From: Anolis carolinensis
Lineage: Eukaryota
Length of the DNA stretch: 64,000 nucleotides
Assembly (NCBI RefSeq): GCF_035594765.1
Contig: NC_085843.1
Span: 263,601,971-263,665,970 of the forward strand
Direction: 5' to 3'
The notes below the pieces were generated by a model. That model saw only the letters and a list, made by a program, of their open reading frames with translations, was not told the origin of the DNA and did not search any database. Shown here one piece after another: positions 1-12,399 of the stretch. Numbering within the stretch: the first letter of the stretch is position 1; each line of letters begins with the position of its first letter. A program made the translations under genes and the position numbers.

Positions 1-1007
1 TGGGGTTGGATTTCCCCCAATCCTTCGTCCATTCCATGTTGCTGAGGTTGAAGATGGCTTTCTTTTTGTGAGAAGACCGAGGCAAAGAAGGCATTGAGCA
101 GTTCTGCCTTTTCCCTGTCCCCTGTCGCCATCACCCCATCTTCTCCTTGCAGAGGCCCTATCGCCTCCTTTTTCTTCCTTTTTCTACCAACGTAAGCAAA
201 AAAGCCTTTTTTGTTGTTTTTTATGTCCCTGGCAAGCCTGAGCTCATTTTGCACTTTAGCCTTGCGAACCTTTTCCCTACAGGTGTTGGCTATACGTTTG
301 AATTCTTCTTTGGTGATTTCTCCCCTTTTCCACTTCTTGTGCATGTCACTTTTGAGCTTTAGCTCAGTTAGAAGTTCTTTGGACATCCATTCTGGCTTCT
401 TTGCACTTGTCTTATTTTTCTTCTTTGTTGGCACTGTTTGCATTTGCGCCTTGAGTATTTCACTTTTGAAAAACTCCCATCCATCCTTAACTCCCTTGTT
501 TTTTAATATTGGCGTCCATGGAATGCCGCTCAGTAATTCCTTCATTTTTTGGAAGTCAGCTCTCTTAAAGTCGAGAATGCGTGTTTGACTTGTCTTAGTT
601 TCAGCATTCCTTTGTATTGCAAACTGCAGGAGCACATGGTCACTTGCCCCTAAGGATCCAACCACTTCAACTGTGTTGATCAGGTCTTCCACATTTGTTA
701 AGATTAGATCAAGAGTTGCTGATCCTCTTGTTGCCACTTCTACCTTCTGGACCATAAAATTGTCTGCAAGGCAAGTGAGGAATTTGTTGGACTTTGTACT
801 CTTGGCTGAGTTTGTTTTCCAGCAGATATCAGAATAATTGAAATCGCCCATGACAACTATAGCTCTTCTTTGTGCCTGTTTGGTCGGCTGTTGACAGAAG
901 GCTGTTGACAGAAGGCTTCATCAAGTCCTTCATCCTGACTCGGAGGTCTGTAATAGACACCCACGACAAGATCTTTTTGAGTCCCGGTTCCCTTGATTCT
1001 TATCCAG
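1..1007 (-). mobile_element. CR1 LINE fragment (ORF2 endonuclease C-terminal half and tether); 5'-truncated at ~1007 and continuing off the left edge
   Basis: The minus strand encodes CR1-type peptides: VGVYYRPPSQDEG, VMGDFNY, LDLILTN, LGASDH and DREKAELLNAFFASVF. A 14-bp tandem duplication at 887-914 breaks the frame. Confidence 0.9.
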
Positions 1008-1933
1008 AATAAAACCTAGGAAGTTAGGAAGTTTTTGATATTGTCTGATAATGGCAGGGTCTTTTGAAGTGACTGGATAACATTTCCACTATTATGAAGT
1101 ACAGTAATACTAGGATGTCAGGCTTGGGAGTCTCAGATGCAAGCAGTTGTCTTTCCTTTTTTGCTCTCATTGGAAAGTCTACCGCTGCAGATCTGTAATG
1201 CATCCTTTGATCTAATTCATTTGTAATTTAATTGCCGAGTGCCCAACGAGATTACGGGTTTCTGCACTGAGACATTTTGGAGAAAAGGATTTGTGGTGTG
1301 TGAAATGGGACAACATCATAATGACCATACCAATTATTCCCAAATGATTCAAGAACCCTGTGATAGTTAACCGGTTTGCCATTTTAACAAACTGAGAGCT
1401 TGCCTCTTAATTTATGGTAACTGCAGCAGGGGGCAGCAAATGCCTTTTTCGAAGTGATGATGCTTACAGTTTCCACTTGCTCTAGGAATTTTAAACTGTG
1501 AAACACTTGTGGGAAGAAAAGGTGTTTTTCAAAAGTGCTCATGATCTTTGAACGGGTAGAAAAATATCTCTGAAATTGTCTAAAATGAAAGCAAATTCAC
1601 TCAGCAAACTTGCCCTATGGCTTCCTCTGTGTTATCTGTGACATTTCATTTAAGTCATTTATCAGTTAAAATGTTTATATTCCAAATATTAGGGTGGTGA
1701 ATAAGTAAAACATTTCCAGATTTAAAAGAATAAAATAATTGAAGCAGGGTAGAAACGTGTTAGCAACAAATTGGCAAGTGGAAACAGCTAAAAAGATTAT
1801 AACTGTTCAAACCATGCACCTACATGTAATTTTAATGAGAAGAGGAACAATATTATATATTTCTGTATAATATGTATCTAAAGAAGCAATTCCAAGGAAC
1901 ACACCTATGTTGTTAAGTGAGATATAGCTATGT

Positions 1934-2160
1934 AGTATGTTGTTGAAGGCTTTCATGGCTGAAATTACTGGGTTGCTGGGCTGTATGGCTATGTTCCAAA
2001 AGCAAACTTTTGTCTGTTTGAGTTCTTTCTCCCACCCTGGACATTCCACAGATAGCTAAACCCAACTTGTTTCCAACAGACCTTACAATCTCTGTGAAAT
2101 GTCAGAAGAGAATGCTTCTGGAACATGGCCATACAGGCCGAAAAACTCACAGTAACCCTG
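1934..2160. mobile_element. Penelope-like element terminal (pLTR) relic with inverted arrangement
   Basis: GCTGTATGGCTATGTTCCAAAAGCA (~1980-2004) is inverted relative to GCTTCTGGAACATGGCCATACAG (~2114-2136). The same motif family occurs at 43424-43640. Confidence 0.6.
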
Positions 2161-2321
2161 TCTATGTAATCTTCACTTTGCCAGCATGCTTTGTGATACA
2201 TATATATTACTTTCTGCATTCGTCATTATGTCTGTCTCTCTGTTATGAAATAATAACATCTCCCTCTAGTGGTCAATCTCAACAAAACTTTGTTTTCACA
2301 CTTAACCACAAGTTTTCTGGT

Positions 2322-2568
2322 GTAGGCAAAAGGTTTCCCCTGACGTTAAGTCCAGTCATGTCTGACTCTGGGGGTTGGTGCTCATCTCCATTTCTAAGCC
2401 GAAGAGACCTCCAAGGTCATGTGGCCAGCATGACTGCGTGGAGTGCCGTTACCTTCCCACCGTAGCAGTACCTATTGATCTACTCACATTGGCATGTTTT
2501 CAAACTGCTAGGTTGGCAGAAGCTGGAGTAACAGCGGGTGCTCACTCCACTCCCGGGATTTGAACCTG
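2322..2568 (-). mobile_element. Sauria SINE (partial)
   Basis: Homologous to the copies at 9162-9490 and 54500-54821; AAAGGT is the reverse complement of the ACCTTT tail. Confidence 0.85.
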
Positions 2569-3009
2569 GTGTAGGATTTGCACAATAGTAGTCATCCCCT
2601 TAATAAAGAAATATAATTCATGAGAATCTATATATTAGACACAAACCACACAACATTCACATTAGATCTTTATTTTGCTGCCTGTAAAATTGAGATTTAT
2701 TTTGGTGCGAAAATGTCTAGGGATAGAAAAATCACTTAGAAGCATACATTTCAAAATGAGAAAGAGGAAAGAATAATGCTTCATTTTTTAATGTCTAAAA
2801 GGCTGAAATCTGATATATATCATGATATGCATATATCTACACTCCGAAGTCGGGGGGGGGGGGGAGGGTATGTCTTCCCTAGATCTGTTGGGAAACAATG
2901 GAAAGAATATTATTGTCTGGCTTCCAGTAGCTTTGAGGAATGATTGTCTCATTTCCTCAAGAAGGAAGGAAGGAAGAAGATGTTTATGTCTCCCCATTCC
3001 TGTTCACCT

Positions 3010-3270
3010 TCGGTATCCACTGAGGTTTGGTTCCAGGATCCCCCATGGATACCCAAAATGGTGGATGCTCAAGTCCCATTATATACAATTATGTAGTAAG
3101 ATGACACCACTTATTTAAAATAGTGAACATCTCAAATGAGGTGATGGAGAGAGGCTGAGGATCTGTTAAGTGACAAGAGGTTACAGCAGGATATGCCTAC
3201 ACACCAGTTTGGAATGTTTCCCCACAATATTTTCAAACCATGGCTGGTTGAATCCATAGATACAGAGACC
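3010..3270. mobile_element. Old Tigger/mariner-like non-autonomous DNA transposon fragment
   Basis: The motif GGTTTGGTTCCAGGATCCCCCATGGATACC...GATGCTCAAGTCCCATTATA recurs at ~43830-43980 and, inverted, at ~53265-53345. Confidence 0.5.
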
Positions 3271-3805
3271 CAACTGCTCTATGTAATGGTTGCATGGTGA
3301 ATATACTCTCAGCAGCATCAACTCTAAAGCACCGGATCTTATGCATTGAGACTATATACATGTTGCAGTGTATGGGAAGACCATGTCATACACTGTAAAG
3401 CCAACCCTGCAAGATAGGAACTGCTACCATCTTTGCAACGCCTACTTCGTCTGGGTCAGGGAAACACAGAATTGAACAGGACACCCTGACCTGAGCTTCA
3501 AGATCCAAGGACTCAAAGCAATACTTTCTATACCTTTAAGTAGGAAAAATCTTAAATGTTGACAGTAGCTAAAAGGCAAGGGCTAGATTCAGTACTAGGG
3601 GTTATCTCCACAAAATGCCAAACTGAGGAGATGAGTTTATTAACAACGTTTGGAGAAAAGGAGTTACAAATGGAATAATTCCATGGTAAATATAGTACAG
3701 CACGGCAAAATAACAAAAGTACTGTTATACTTTAGTTAACAAAGTAGACACGTTTCTGGGATTTACTTTTTGGTACCAGAGGTAAAAATCTTATGAAAAG
3801 ATTTG

Positions 3806-4013
3806 AAGGCACCCGATTTTGTCTGATCTTGGAAGGTAAGCAAGAGCCAGCTCTGGTTAGTACGTTGATGAGAGACCGCTAATGAATACCTGGTGCTGTA
3901 GGCTACATTTCAGAGATAAAACTACGTTTTGGGTATTATTTGCCTAAGAAAATTCTGTGATATTCCTAGGATAGCCATAAAGTGACAGCTGACTTGATGG
4001 CACATATACACAC
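3806..4013 (+). mobile_element. 5S rRNA-derived SINE (degenerate)
   Basis: GCACCCGATTTTGTCTGATCTTGGAAGGTAAGCAAG...TGGTTAGTACGTTGATGAGAGACCGCT...GAATACCTGGTGCTGTAGGCT aligns by eye to 5S rRNA. It is followed by a non-5S body shared with the 44800 copy. Confidence 0.8.
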
Positions 4014-4189
4014 AGGTTATTGCACAACAAAAAAAACACAGTTCTACATATTTCAGTAAGCTGAAAATATTTTTGAGTGCAACTCCTATTAGCTCTGGCA
4101 GGATTAGCTAATGCTAAGAGATGATGGTAACTAGAGTCAACAAGGCATTCTCTATCCTTGTGTTGAGACTGTATTACTGCCATACTAAT

Positions 4190-4216
4190 TCTTTCCAATT
4201 TCTTTTTCTTTTTCAG
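4190..4216 (+). promoter_or_regulatory. B3GALNT1: Splice acceptor of the B3GALNT1 coding exon
   Basis: A long polypyrimidine tract ends in TTTCAG (AG at 4215-4216), 81 nt upstream of the ATG. Confidence 0.75.
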
Positions 4217-4297
4217 CAAATGATTTTGCCCAACCCAGTTGTCCCTATTCCACTTAGACCTCCAGATCCTTTTGTGTCACTTCGTGGTTGAAGTTGA

Positions 4298-5260
4298 ATG
4301 GCTGTAAAATACCTGCAAAGACTGTTCTGTGGTTTGTCTCTTGTCCTTGTTATTTTATTGACATGGTATATGGCATTTCCTTCCCACACTGTGATGAAAC
4401 ACAATGACTGGATGTATTTCTATGACAGTGAGCCTGTCTACAAGCAGAATTTTTCCTTCATATTACGTGAGCGAGTAACATGTGAAGCCCGCAGTCCGTT
4501 TCTGGTAATCTTGGTGATTTCAAGACCTACAGATGTGAAAGCGAGGCAAGCTATAAGGATAACATGGGGCTCCCAAAAATCCTGGTGGGGGAAAGAAGTT
4601 ATGGTGCTCTTTTTACTGGGCAAAGAGACAGAGAAGGAGGATATCGAAGCTTTGTCCACACGAGACGAAAGCATTCTTTACGGAGACATCATCCAGCAAG
4701 ATTTCCTTGACACCTATGACAACCTTACCTTGAAAACTATCATGATGTTCAGATGGGTCACTGAATTTTGTCCAAGTGCTCAGTATATGATGAAGACAGA
4801 TTCTGATGTTTTCGTCAACACAGGCAATTTAGTCAAGTTTCTTCTAAATTCAAATGCCTCAGAAAACTTCATGACTGGCTACCCTCTGGTGGGATCCTAT
4901 CCTCACCGAGGACTTTATTTGAAAGCTTATATTTCTTATTCTGACTATCCATTTAGTGTTTATCCCCCATATTGCAGTGGATTTGGTTATATACTTGACA
5001 CCAAACTAGTTCACAAGGTTTATGAAATAATGAGCCATATTAAACCTATTAGGTTCGAAGATGTCTATGTTGGAATTTGTTTAAATATACTCGGGGTGGG
5101 TATCTCTATTCCAAATGACTCCAAACTCTTCTTTTTGTCCACAATTGAGTTTGATATTTGTAAGTACAAGCACTTGGTCGCTGTACACGGGATTTCTCCA
5201 CAGGACATGGTTGCATTCTGGGAGGAAATAACGAAGAAAGCCACAGTTCCTTGCCAGTAA
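4298..5260 (+). CDS. B3GALNT1: UDP-GalNAc:beta-1,3-N-acetylgalactosaminyltransferase 1 (globoside synthase), GT31 family, single coding exon
   Basis: 320-aa intact ORF with an N-terminal TM segment and GT31 motifs RQAIRITWG, YGDIIQQDFLDTYDNLTLKT, MKTDSDVF (DxD), YPPYCSG and EDVYVGIC. The WMYFY..EP.Y stem matches B3GALNT1 as recalled, and tail-to-tail synteny with PPM1L is as in human. Confidence 0.95.
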   Translation: MAVKYLQRLFCGLSLVLVILLTWYMAFPSHTVMKHNDWMYFYDSEPVYKQNFSFILRERVTCEARSPFLVILVISRPTDVKARQAIRITWGSQKSWWGKEVMVLFLLGKETEKEDIEALSTRDESILYGDIIQQDFLDTYDNLTLKTIMMFRWVTEFCPSAQYMMKTDSDVFVNTGNLVKFLLNSNASENFMTGYPLVGSYPHRGLYLKAYISYSDYPFSVYPPYCSGFGYILDTKLVHKVYEIMSHIKPIRFEDVYVGICLNILGVGISIPNDSKLFFLSTIEFDICKYKHLVAVHGISPQDMVAFWEEITKKATVPCQ

Positions 5261-6239
5261 CTCAATTTTGTTTTCAACATTTTAACATTTGAAGTCTGGG
5301 TCTTTTTCTTTAGACCAGGGTGAGGTGGAACTGTTGGGCTGCTAGGTGGTCTTCCAGACTCTCTATGTTATACTATAGAGATATGTGAGTTTAGGAGAAC
5401 AATTGCAAGAAAGGCTACTGTGACCCTCTCCTTAGATATCCAACCAGAATGGACATTCACATTAGAGTTAGCCATTCTGGATGCCATGTTGGGCTTCCAA
5501 TATGGCCAACTCTAACTTTGAAACTCAGTCCTTCTATAAATCCTTTTGCACTTTGATTATATGTATATTGCTACCCAGTTTTTGTCAACCACCCATCTAT
5601 GCCGTCTTCCAGGATTTTCCATTCTGGTTGTCCCCTTTCTCTTCTCTGCTCAGTTATCATGGAATTCTACTAATGGAAGCCTCCACCATATATATGACTT
5701 GCCTACTGCAAGTCCAGTGTGGACGGAGAAGGGCCCTCAAATATAGATCCACAGGTCTGGACAGGTTTTCATGAAAAGAGAGAGAAGCCACAGGCTGATC
5801 AAATTTGATAAAAGCCAGGGTCTTGAACTAAGTCCATAGCTGCTAATGAATTGGATAATGGCTTGAATCCAGTTTCTACTCCCAGCTAGAACAAACCCAT
5901 TACACCAGTGCTTGCTTATCAATTTGTCATTGGTTTATGGGTCACAATAGGATTTTTTAGTTCAACATGAGCCAATCTGTTCATCTCGGGGAAAAAATTG
6001 AAGGACCCTATTCTGGCCCACTTGATATTTCCATCTTGTATTTAACATCAGCACCACATAAAGTAAACCAGTCTGGAAATGCCCCCCTAATATGCAATAA
6101 TCAGGGCAAGTTGGACTTCTCTGAAGAAGGGCATAGCTTTCATATTAATCAGAGTTTATAAAAAATAGGCATGGTCACCCCTATAGCACTTGCAGAATTC
6201 CTAAGCTACTGGTCAGAGGAATACAGCAATAGGTCATTA

Positions 6240-7300
6240 CTTGTTTCTTTTTAAAAAAATAATTTTATTAGGGTATATCAAATGGTTTACAGATAGGTTA
6301 AAAAGTAAGGGGTTGGGAAAGTCCAAGGGAAAGAGGGGAAGGGGGAAAGGAGGGGAAGGGACAGTAGGAATAGAACGAGTGTGGTAAGAAGATTAATTGC
6401 GAACTAGGGGATGGGAATAATTGTAGGGAAGGAAAAGGGGGGCTTTCTATGGTCTTCTATTCTTCTTCCTTGCAGTTGAAATTCTTCCTTAAAAAATTGT
6501 TCGTCACGCTCCTGGTCTTCTCCTATACCACGGCGGGGTTCCTCCTTTGTTTTTCTTATCTTTGCCCTGTATTTTCCTGTATTTCCTTATTTTCCTGTAT
6601 ATTTCATATTGTTTCCAGTCAGTCATTCTTATCGCTTTTCCTCTATTTTTCTTCAATAAGAAGGTTAATTTGTCCATGTCATATATTTCGTCCATTTTTT
6701 CTAGCCATTGTTCTTTTGTGGGTGTTTCATCTGATTTCCTAAGTTTTGCAAAAACAATTCTTGCTGCTGTACTTATGTATGTGAATAAAATATAATTGTT
6801 TGAAGTAAATTCTGCCTCAGTGTCTATTATTCCTAATAAGTAATATTCCGATTATAATGTAAATTTCTTGTGTAGTATTTTCTGAGCCTCTTCATGTATC
6901 ATTTTCCAATAGTTCCTTGTCTTTTTACAAGTCCACCATGTATGATAATATGTACCTTCCTGAAGTTTACATTTCCAGCATTTATTTGAGGAGTTTTTGT
7001 ACATTATACCTAATTTTTTTGTATTATATACCAGCGATGAAATATTTTTAGCCAATTTTCTTTTAGGTCTGACGCATAAATATATTTTATTTTTTTATTC
7101 CAAATTTGCTCCCATTCTTCTAATTTGATTGTTCTGCCAATTTTTTAGCCCATTTTATCATACAATTTTTAATCTCTTCTGTTTCTGTAGACCATTCAAG
7201 AATTTTGTTATATATTTTTGTTATTCCCTTCTCAGTCTGTATCAGTTTGTCCCAAATACCATCTTTGTTGACCAATCTTTAACCCAAATTAAGGCACATA
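6240..7300 (-). mobile_element. L1-clade LINE 3' fragment
   Basis: The minus strand encodes the C-terminal CCHC motif [24 protein letters not shown] and an A-rich tail lie at the left end, and the fragment is flanked by 70-bp direct repeats. Confidence 0.8.
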
Positions 7301-7499
7301 CATGGTCACTCCTATAGCACTTGCAGAATTCCTAAGCAACTGGTCAGAGGAATGCAGCAATAGGTCATTATTAGTTAATGGATCAGAGAAGAATACAGCA
7401 GTAGGTCATTACTAGTTTTTGTTTCCCACAAAGTCTAACTATTTTCCTTTTAACAACACTGGTTTTTAGTTACTTAGTTTTTATATTGTTATATTTATA

Positions 7500-8652
7500 C
7501 TAGCTGTACCTGGCCATGCCACACATTGCTGTGGCCTAGTCTGGTTAAGTGGGAAAGAAAGGATTGAGAAAGAGCAGGTTTATGATATATATGATTTCAC
7601 ATTGCTTGTGTGTAGGCAATATTTGTGGTTGTTCCGTTGGCTGTGGAAATATAGAGATTGTGTGGTTTGGCAACTGTGTAACATGCAAGATATTATTGTC
7701 CATGTGAGAAGCAATCCGTGTCTAGTTGTAAACTTCAAAATTCTAAAGATTGCCCCTGAGTGTAAATAAATATAGATTGATGGATGGATAGATGGATGGA
7801 TACAGATCTCTTTCTTTCCCTACCCTTCCCTTGGGGAGAATGTTGGGAAGCCACGGCCCATGTTATTTTCCTGTTGAGAAAGGCCATAGGCCCCTCCCAG
7901 GGAGTGAGCCCAGTGCCCCCTCCCCCCATTATTGTTGTTGTAGTTCTTGTTAGTGGTTGGGTGGAGCCCTAAAGAAATCACCCCTCTCTAAGCGTAAGGA
8001 GGGTCACATAATTCTAAGGATTGCTTTTGAGTGTAAATATAGATAGAAAGATGGAAGGATAAATTTAGATCTCTTTTATTCTCTGTCCTCCCCTTGGGGA
8101 GAATGACAAGGGGCAAGGTTTCCTCATGGGCCATGCCCCATGTTATTTTCCAGTGCCCCCTCCTTCCTATTATTGCTGTTGGTATGTAGGGCCCCAAAGA
8201 TACCCCACTCCCTAAGCGTAAGGAGGGTCTTCCTAAATGTCTCCTTTCCCTTCCCTGTCAGTTAGTCATCCTCAGGTCTCAGGCCTCCCTGCAGGGAACG
8301 ATTACTGTTGTGGCCTGTCTCCGAAGCGCCCTTTCTCCCTTCCCTTTCTCCCGCCACTTCCGGTTTTGCCTCAGCCCCTGCCGTCTCTGCTCGCACCTCA
8401 CCTCCATCCTGAAACAGTCGTTTATAGTACAGCAGCTGTTGCTTGTTTGTCCAGTAGATGGCACTGTTTGTGAACCTAAGCATGGTTTTACCTGTCTTAG
8501 GTGTGACAGGTGTGTAATAGTAGGTATGTGGAGACCTTAAAATGCTCACCAGTTCAATTGCTACATTGTGTCCAAATTTCAAAGCAATCAGTGAAGTAGT
8601 TTGGGAGATATGTGGTCCCTCAAAAACGGACATGACATTTTTATTTATATAT
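7500..8652 (-). mobile_element. Non-autonomous Helitron
   Basis: The minus-strand 3' end has the hairpin GCCAC...GTGGC (7518-7535) followed by CTAG|T (7503-7499). The 5' end is TATATATAAATAAAAATG-like at ~8652. There is an internal ~270-bp imperfect duplication. Confidence 0.75.
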
Positions 8653-9161
8653 ACTATCAGTTTTTTAGTTGTAAATAATATACAGGTATGGCATGCTATT
8701 AAGGGAAACGTGTTACTTTAAAATGTTTTTGAAATGCTTGGTATTGTATTTATACTGTGTTTGTTGCTTTTTAGCCTGATACTCATCTTCAAGACTTTAA
8801 ACGGCCTTATATATGCTGTACAGTTATTTTAATATATGTTTTTTATTTGTTCATTAGGGGATAGATAGGAAAGTTCACAGATTGCTGGAGCGCTGCTGTA
8901 ACTACAAAGGATAGCTTTGCTGCTGTTTACTGCTGTGAAAATATTAACAAGCTATTTGTTGCAGTAAACAAAACATTCAGTGGCACCTCAAAGACTTATG
9001 GGTTTAGTTTGGAAGAAAAAATGGACTGCCATCTGTGCAAGTTGTTTGCAGTTAAAATACCACCTCTGTTGTTTTTGTGTAAATAAAAGCATTGCACAAG
9101 GTCAGAGCTTGATCGAAGAAGCTCTTTGTGTGTTTGCTAGTATTCAGTGCCTATTTGGCAT

Positions 9162-9490
9162 AGGTAAAGGTAAAGGTTTTCTCCTGACGTGAAGTCTAGT
9201 GTCTGACTCTGTGGGTTGGTGCTCATCTCCATTTCTAAAGTGAAGAGCCCGCGTTGTCCGTAGACACCTCCAAGGTCATGTGGCCAGCATGACTGCATGG
9301 AGCGCCGTTACCTTTCTGCCTGATCTACTCTTGATCTACTCACATTTGCATGTTTTTGAACTGCTAGGTTGGCAGAAGCTGGGGCTAACCGCTGGAGCTC
9401 ACCCCATTCCCTGGATTCGAACTGCCAATCTTTCGGACAGCAAATTCAGCAGCTCAACTGTTTAACCCATTGCGCCACCGGGGGCTCCCT
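9162..9490 (-). mobile_element. Sauria SINE (full length)
   Basis: tRNA-like head with a GGTTCGAATCC-type B box on the minus strand and an (ACCTTT)n tail. Confidence 0.9.
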
Positions 9491-10134
9491 CTATGCTATG
9501 TGGCATAGCATAGTGTAATAAATCTGCAGGTGGAGCCATGTTACTGCTGGACATATTGTCCGCATTCTTCCTGCTCATCGAAGTGGTCAACTGTACTGCG
9601 GTTAAGCTTTCCTTTCCTCCCATCATTTCCTTCATGGATTCAACCACTCTTTCCCATGATCTTTCCCTAGTCCCCCGTTTCACCCATTTATTACACTGGC
9701 CAATATACATTTTGGTGCTGCAAATGTTAGCCCTATTTCTGGGTACATTTTCTCTGCTGAGTCTAAAAACGGCACCAATTTCTCCCTTATTGACTCTAGT
9801 TTTTAAGATACAGAACATATAACCATTTGTCAATCCACATCTGCTCACACATAGAAAATGATGATAAGCATATCTAAGAAACTAGAGCTGATGCATTCTA
9901 TCCAGTGCAATTTTCTGAATCAGTGCCCCAAATAACTCCAGGAATAGGCCTAAAAAACAAGAAATCAATGTGTTTTTTTGTTGAGCTGTGTTATGTTTTA
10001 TGTTTTTCTGTAGTCATAGTACCTAAAATAGTACCTACAACTGTAAATGAAAGGGAGTGGGGAGATAAAAAGATGAAATGTTTTAGTCAGTGTCTTAAGT
10101 TGCCTTACAGACATCTAAGTCACTTCTGTAAGTC

Positions 10135-11262
10135 ATTTCAGTAAGGCCTTCGACAAAGTCCCCCACGATCTTTTGGCAAACAAACTAGTAAAATGTGGGC
10201 TAGGCAAAACTATGGTTAGGTGGATCTGTAATTGGCTAAGCGAACGAACCCAAAAGGTGCTCACCAATGCATCTTCTTCATCTTGGAAAGAAGTCACGAG
10301 TGGAGTGACGCAGGGTTCCGTCCTGGGCCCGGTTCTGTTCAACATCTTTAGACGAAGGGTTAGAAGGCACGATCATCAAGTTTGCAGATTACATCAAACT
10401 GGGAGGGATAGTCAACACTCCCAAAGACAGGAGCAGAATTCAAAATGATCTTGACAGACTAGAAAGATGGGCCAAAACTAACAAAATTAAGTTCAACAGG
10501 GACAAATAAGATACATCACTTAGGCAGAAAAAATGAAATGCAAAGATACAGAATGGGGGACACCTGGCTAGACAGCAGTACATGTGAAAAAGATCTTGGA
10601 GTCCTCGTGGACAACAAGTTAAACATGAGCCAACAATGTGATGCGGCTGCTTAAAAAGCCAACGGGATTCTGGCCTGCATAAATAGGAGTATAGCATCTA
10701 GATTCAGGGAAGTCATGTTACCCCTCTATTCTACCTTGGTCAGACCACACCTGGAATACCGTGTCCAATTCTGGACACCACAATTGAAAGGAGATGTTGA
10801 CAAGCTGGAAAACGTCCAGAGGAGGGGAACTAAAATGATCAAGGGTCTGGAGAACAAGCCCTATGAGGAGCGGCTTAAAGAGCTGGGTATGTTTAGCCTG
10901 CAGAAGAGAAGGCTGAGAGGAGACATGATAACCATGTACAAATATGTGAGGGGAAGTCATAGGGAGGAGGGAGGGAGCTTGTTTTCTGTTGCCCTGCAGA
11001 CTAGGACACGGAACAATGGCTTCAAACTACAGGAAAGGAGATTCCACCTGAACATCAGGAAGAACTTCCTCACTGTGAGAGCTGTTCGACAGTGGAACTC
11101 TCTGCCCCAGACTGTGGTGGAGGCTCCTTCTTTGGAGGCTTTTAAACAGAGGCTGGATGGCCATATGTCGGGGGTGCTTTGAATGCGATATCCTGCTTCT
11201 TGGCAGGGGGTTGGACTGGATGGCCCATGAGGTCTCTTCCAACTCTACTATTCTATGATTCT
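10135..11262 (+). mobile_element. CR1 LINE, 5'-truncated (RT C-terminal part and 3' UTR), frameshifted
   Basis: Peptides FSKAFDKVPH, SGVTQGSVLGPVLFNIF and [11 protein letters not shown]; ends in the ATTCTATGATTCT CR1 tail. Confidence 0.95.
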
Positions 11263-12399
11263 GTCATAGTGTGTGCAAAGACCTGTTCACTTGCTCTTCA
11301 TCCAGAAACCTTCCAGCCTAGTTGTTGATAGTCCTTCTCACCAGAGGAAGGAGAGGTGATTTGAACCATGAAGATCCAGCTGCTCTGAGCTCCTTCGGGG
11401 AAGGAAAAGACAGGTGTACTCCATTTGAGAGCTCACCCTCATTTCTCTAAGCCTCTCCAAGCTGAGGCCAGCTGCTTCTTTGTGGTATGAATTGCCTCCC
11501 CGTTCGTTCTCTCACGTTCCCACCTGGGAAGCAATGGCAGCAGAGACCGTTCCCGGGGTCTGACAGCTCCCTGACAGTGTCAGGATCTCAGGTATTAGGT
11601 TTGAAATTATACATCTTTCCTGGAGGATGGCACTTTGATCGCAGCTGAGGCTAGGAGATAACTTTTAATAGATTATTCTTTTCTGCAGCTGGGACTCCAT
11701 GGAAATTAGTGAAAATCTTCTCTACTCATATTCTGCTCCACTGGATCACAGATCTTTCTAGCAGTGGAAGGGATACAGTCTGGACAATAGAACAGAAAAA
11801 CAGACCAAACTACAATGTCCTCTCAATTGCATAGGGAGGACTTCTATTTAATACCTTGGAATGCACCAGCATGTGGTAGTGACTTAAACATGAGATTAGG
11901 GGTCTGGGAGACCAGGTCACCATATGTCAGCAATTATGTGAAGGTATGTAACAACATATTAAATAATATTTGGTGAACTCTGACCTGAGCAGCTTAAATA
12001 TGAAAAGTGTAAATATGAAAAGGTGTTATATTGAATGAAACAGAATCTATACAAACTTGAATTGTTTGAAAATGTCTTGACTGAAGAGGATTTCAGTTTT
12101 TACGGTATCCTAGCCAGACTGTGGCCTTTGCTATTGAACATTCCACGTTTTATTAGGAAACTAGAAAAAGTAATGTTAGTTGGACCACTGATCAGTGAAT
12201 TGACACAGTTGTGGAGAAGTACAATAGTAAGGGAGCTCATTCCAGTTTGTTGCCACTATCAATGATTGTGTGACTGCCATGGAATAACAATGTTGAGCAA
12301 TAAAGTCCTCTGAAGGGATATTATTCAATAGTAAAAACTTGGCTCGGGGATCGTTTTCGATGATTAGTACAGTGCAATAATAGACTTGGAATCACAGAT

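Noticed and set aside
3806-3905. 5S rRNA gene
   Set aside because: It has many substitutions, is 5'-truncated, and is followed by a SINE body, so it is a 5S-derived SINE rather than a functional rRNA gene.
10715-11182. 155-aa ORF as a host gene
   Set aside because: It is the C-terminus of CR1 ORF2 in a truncated, frameshifted copy.
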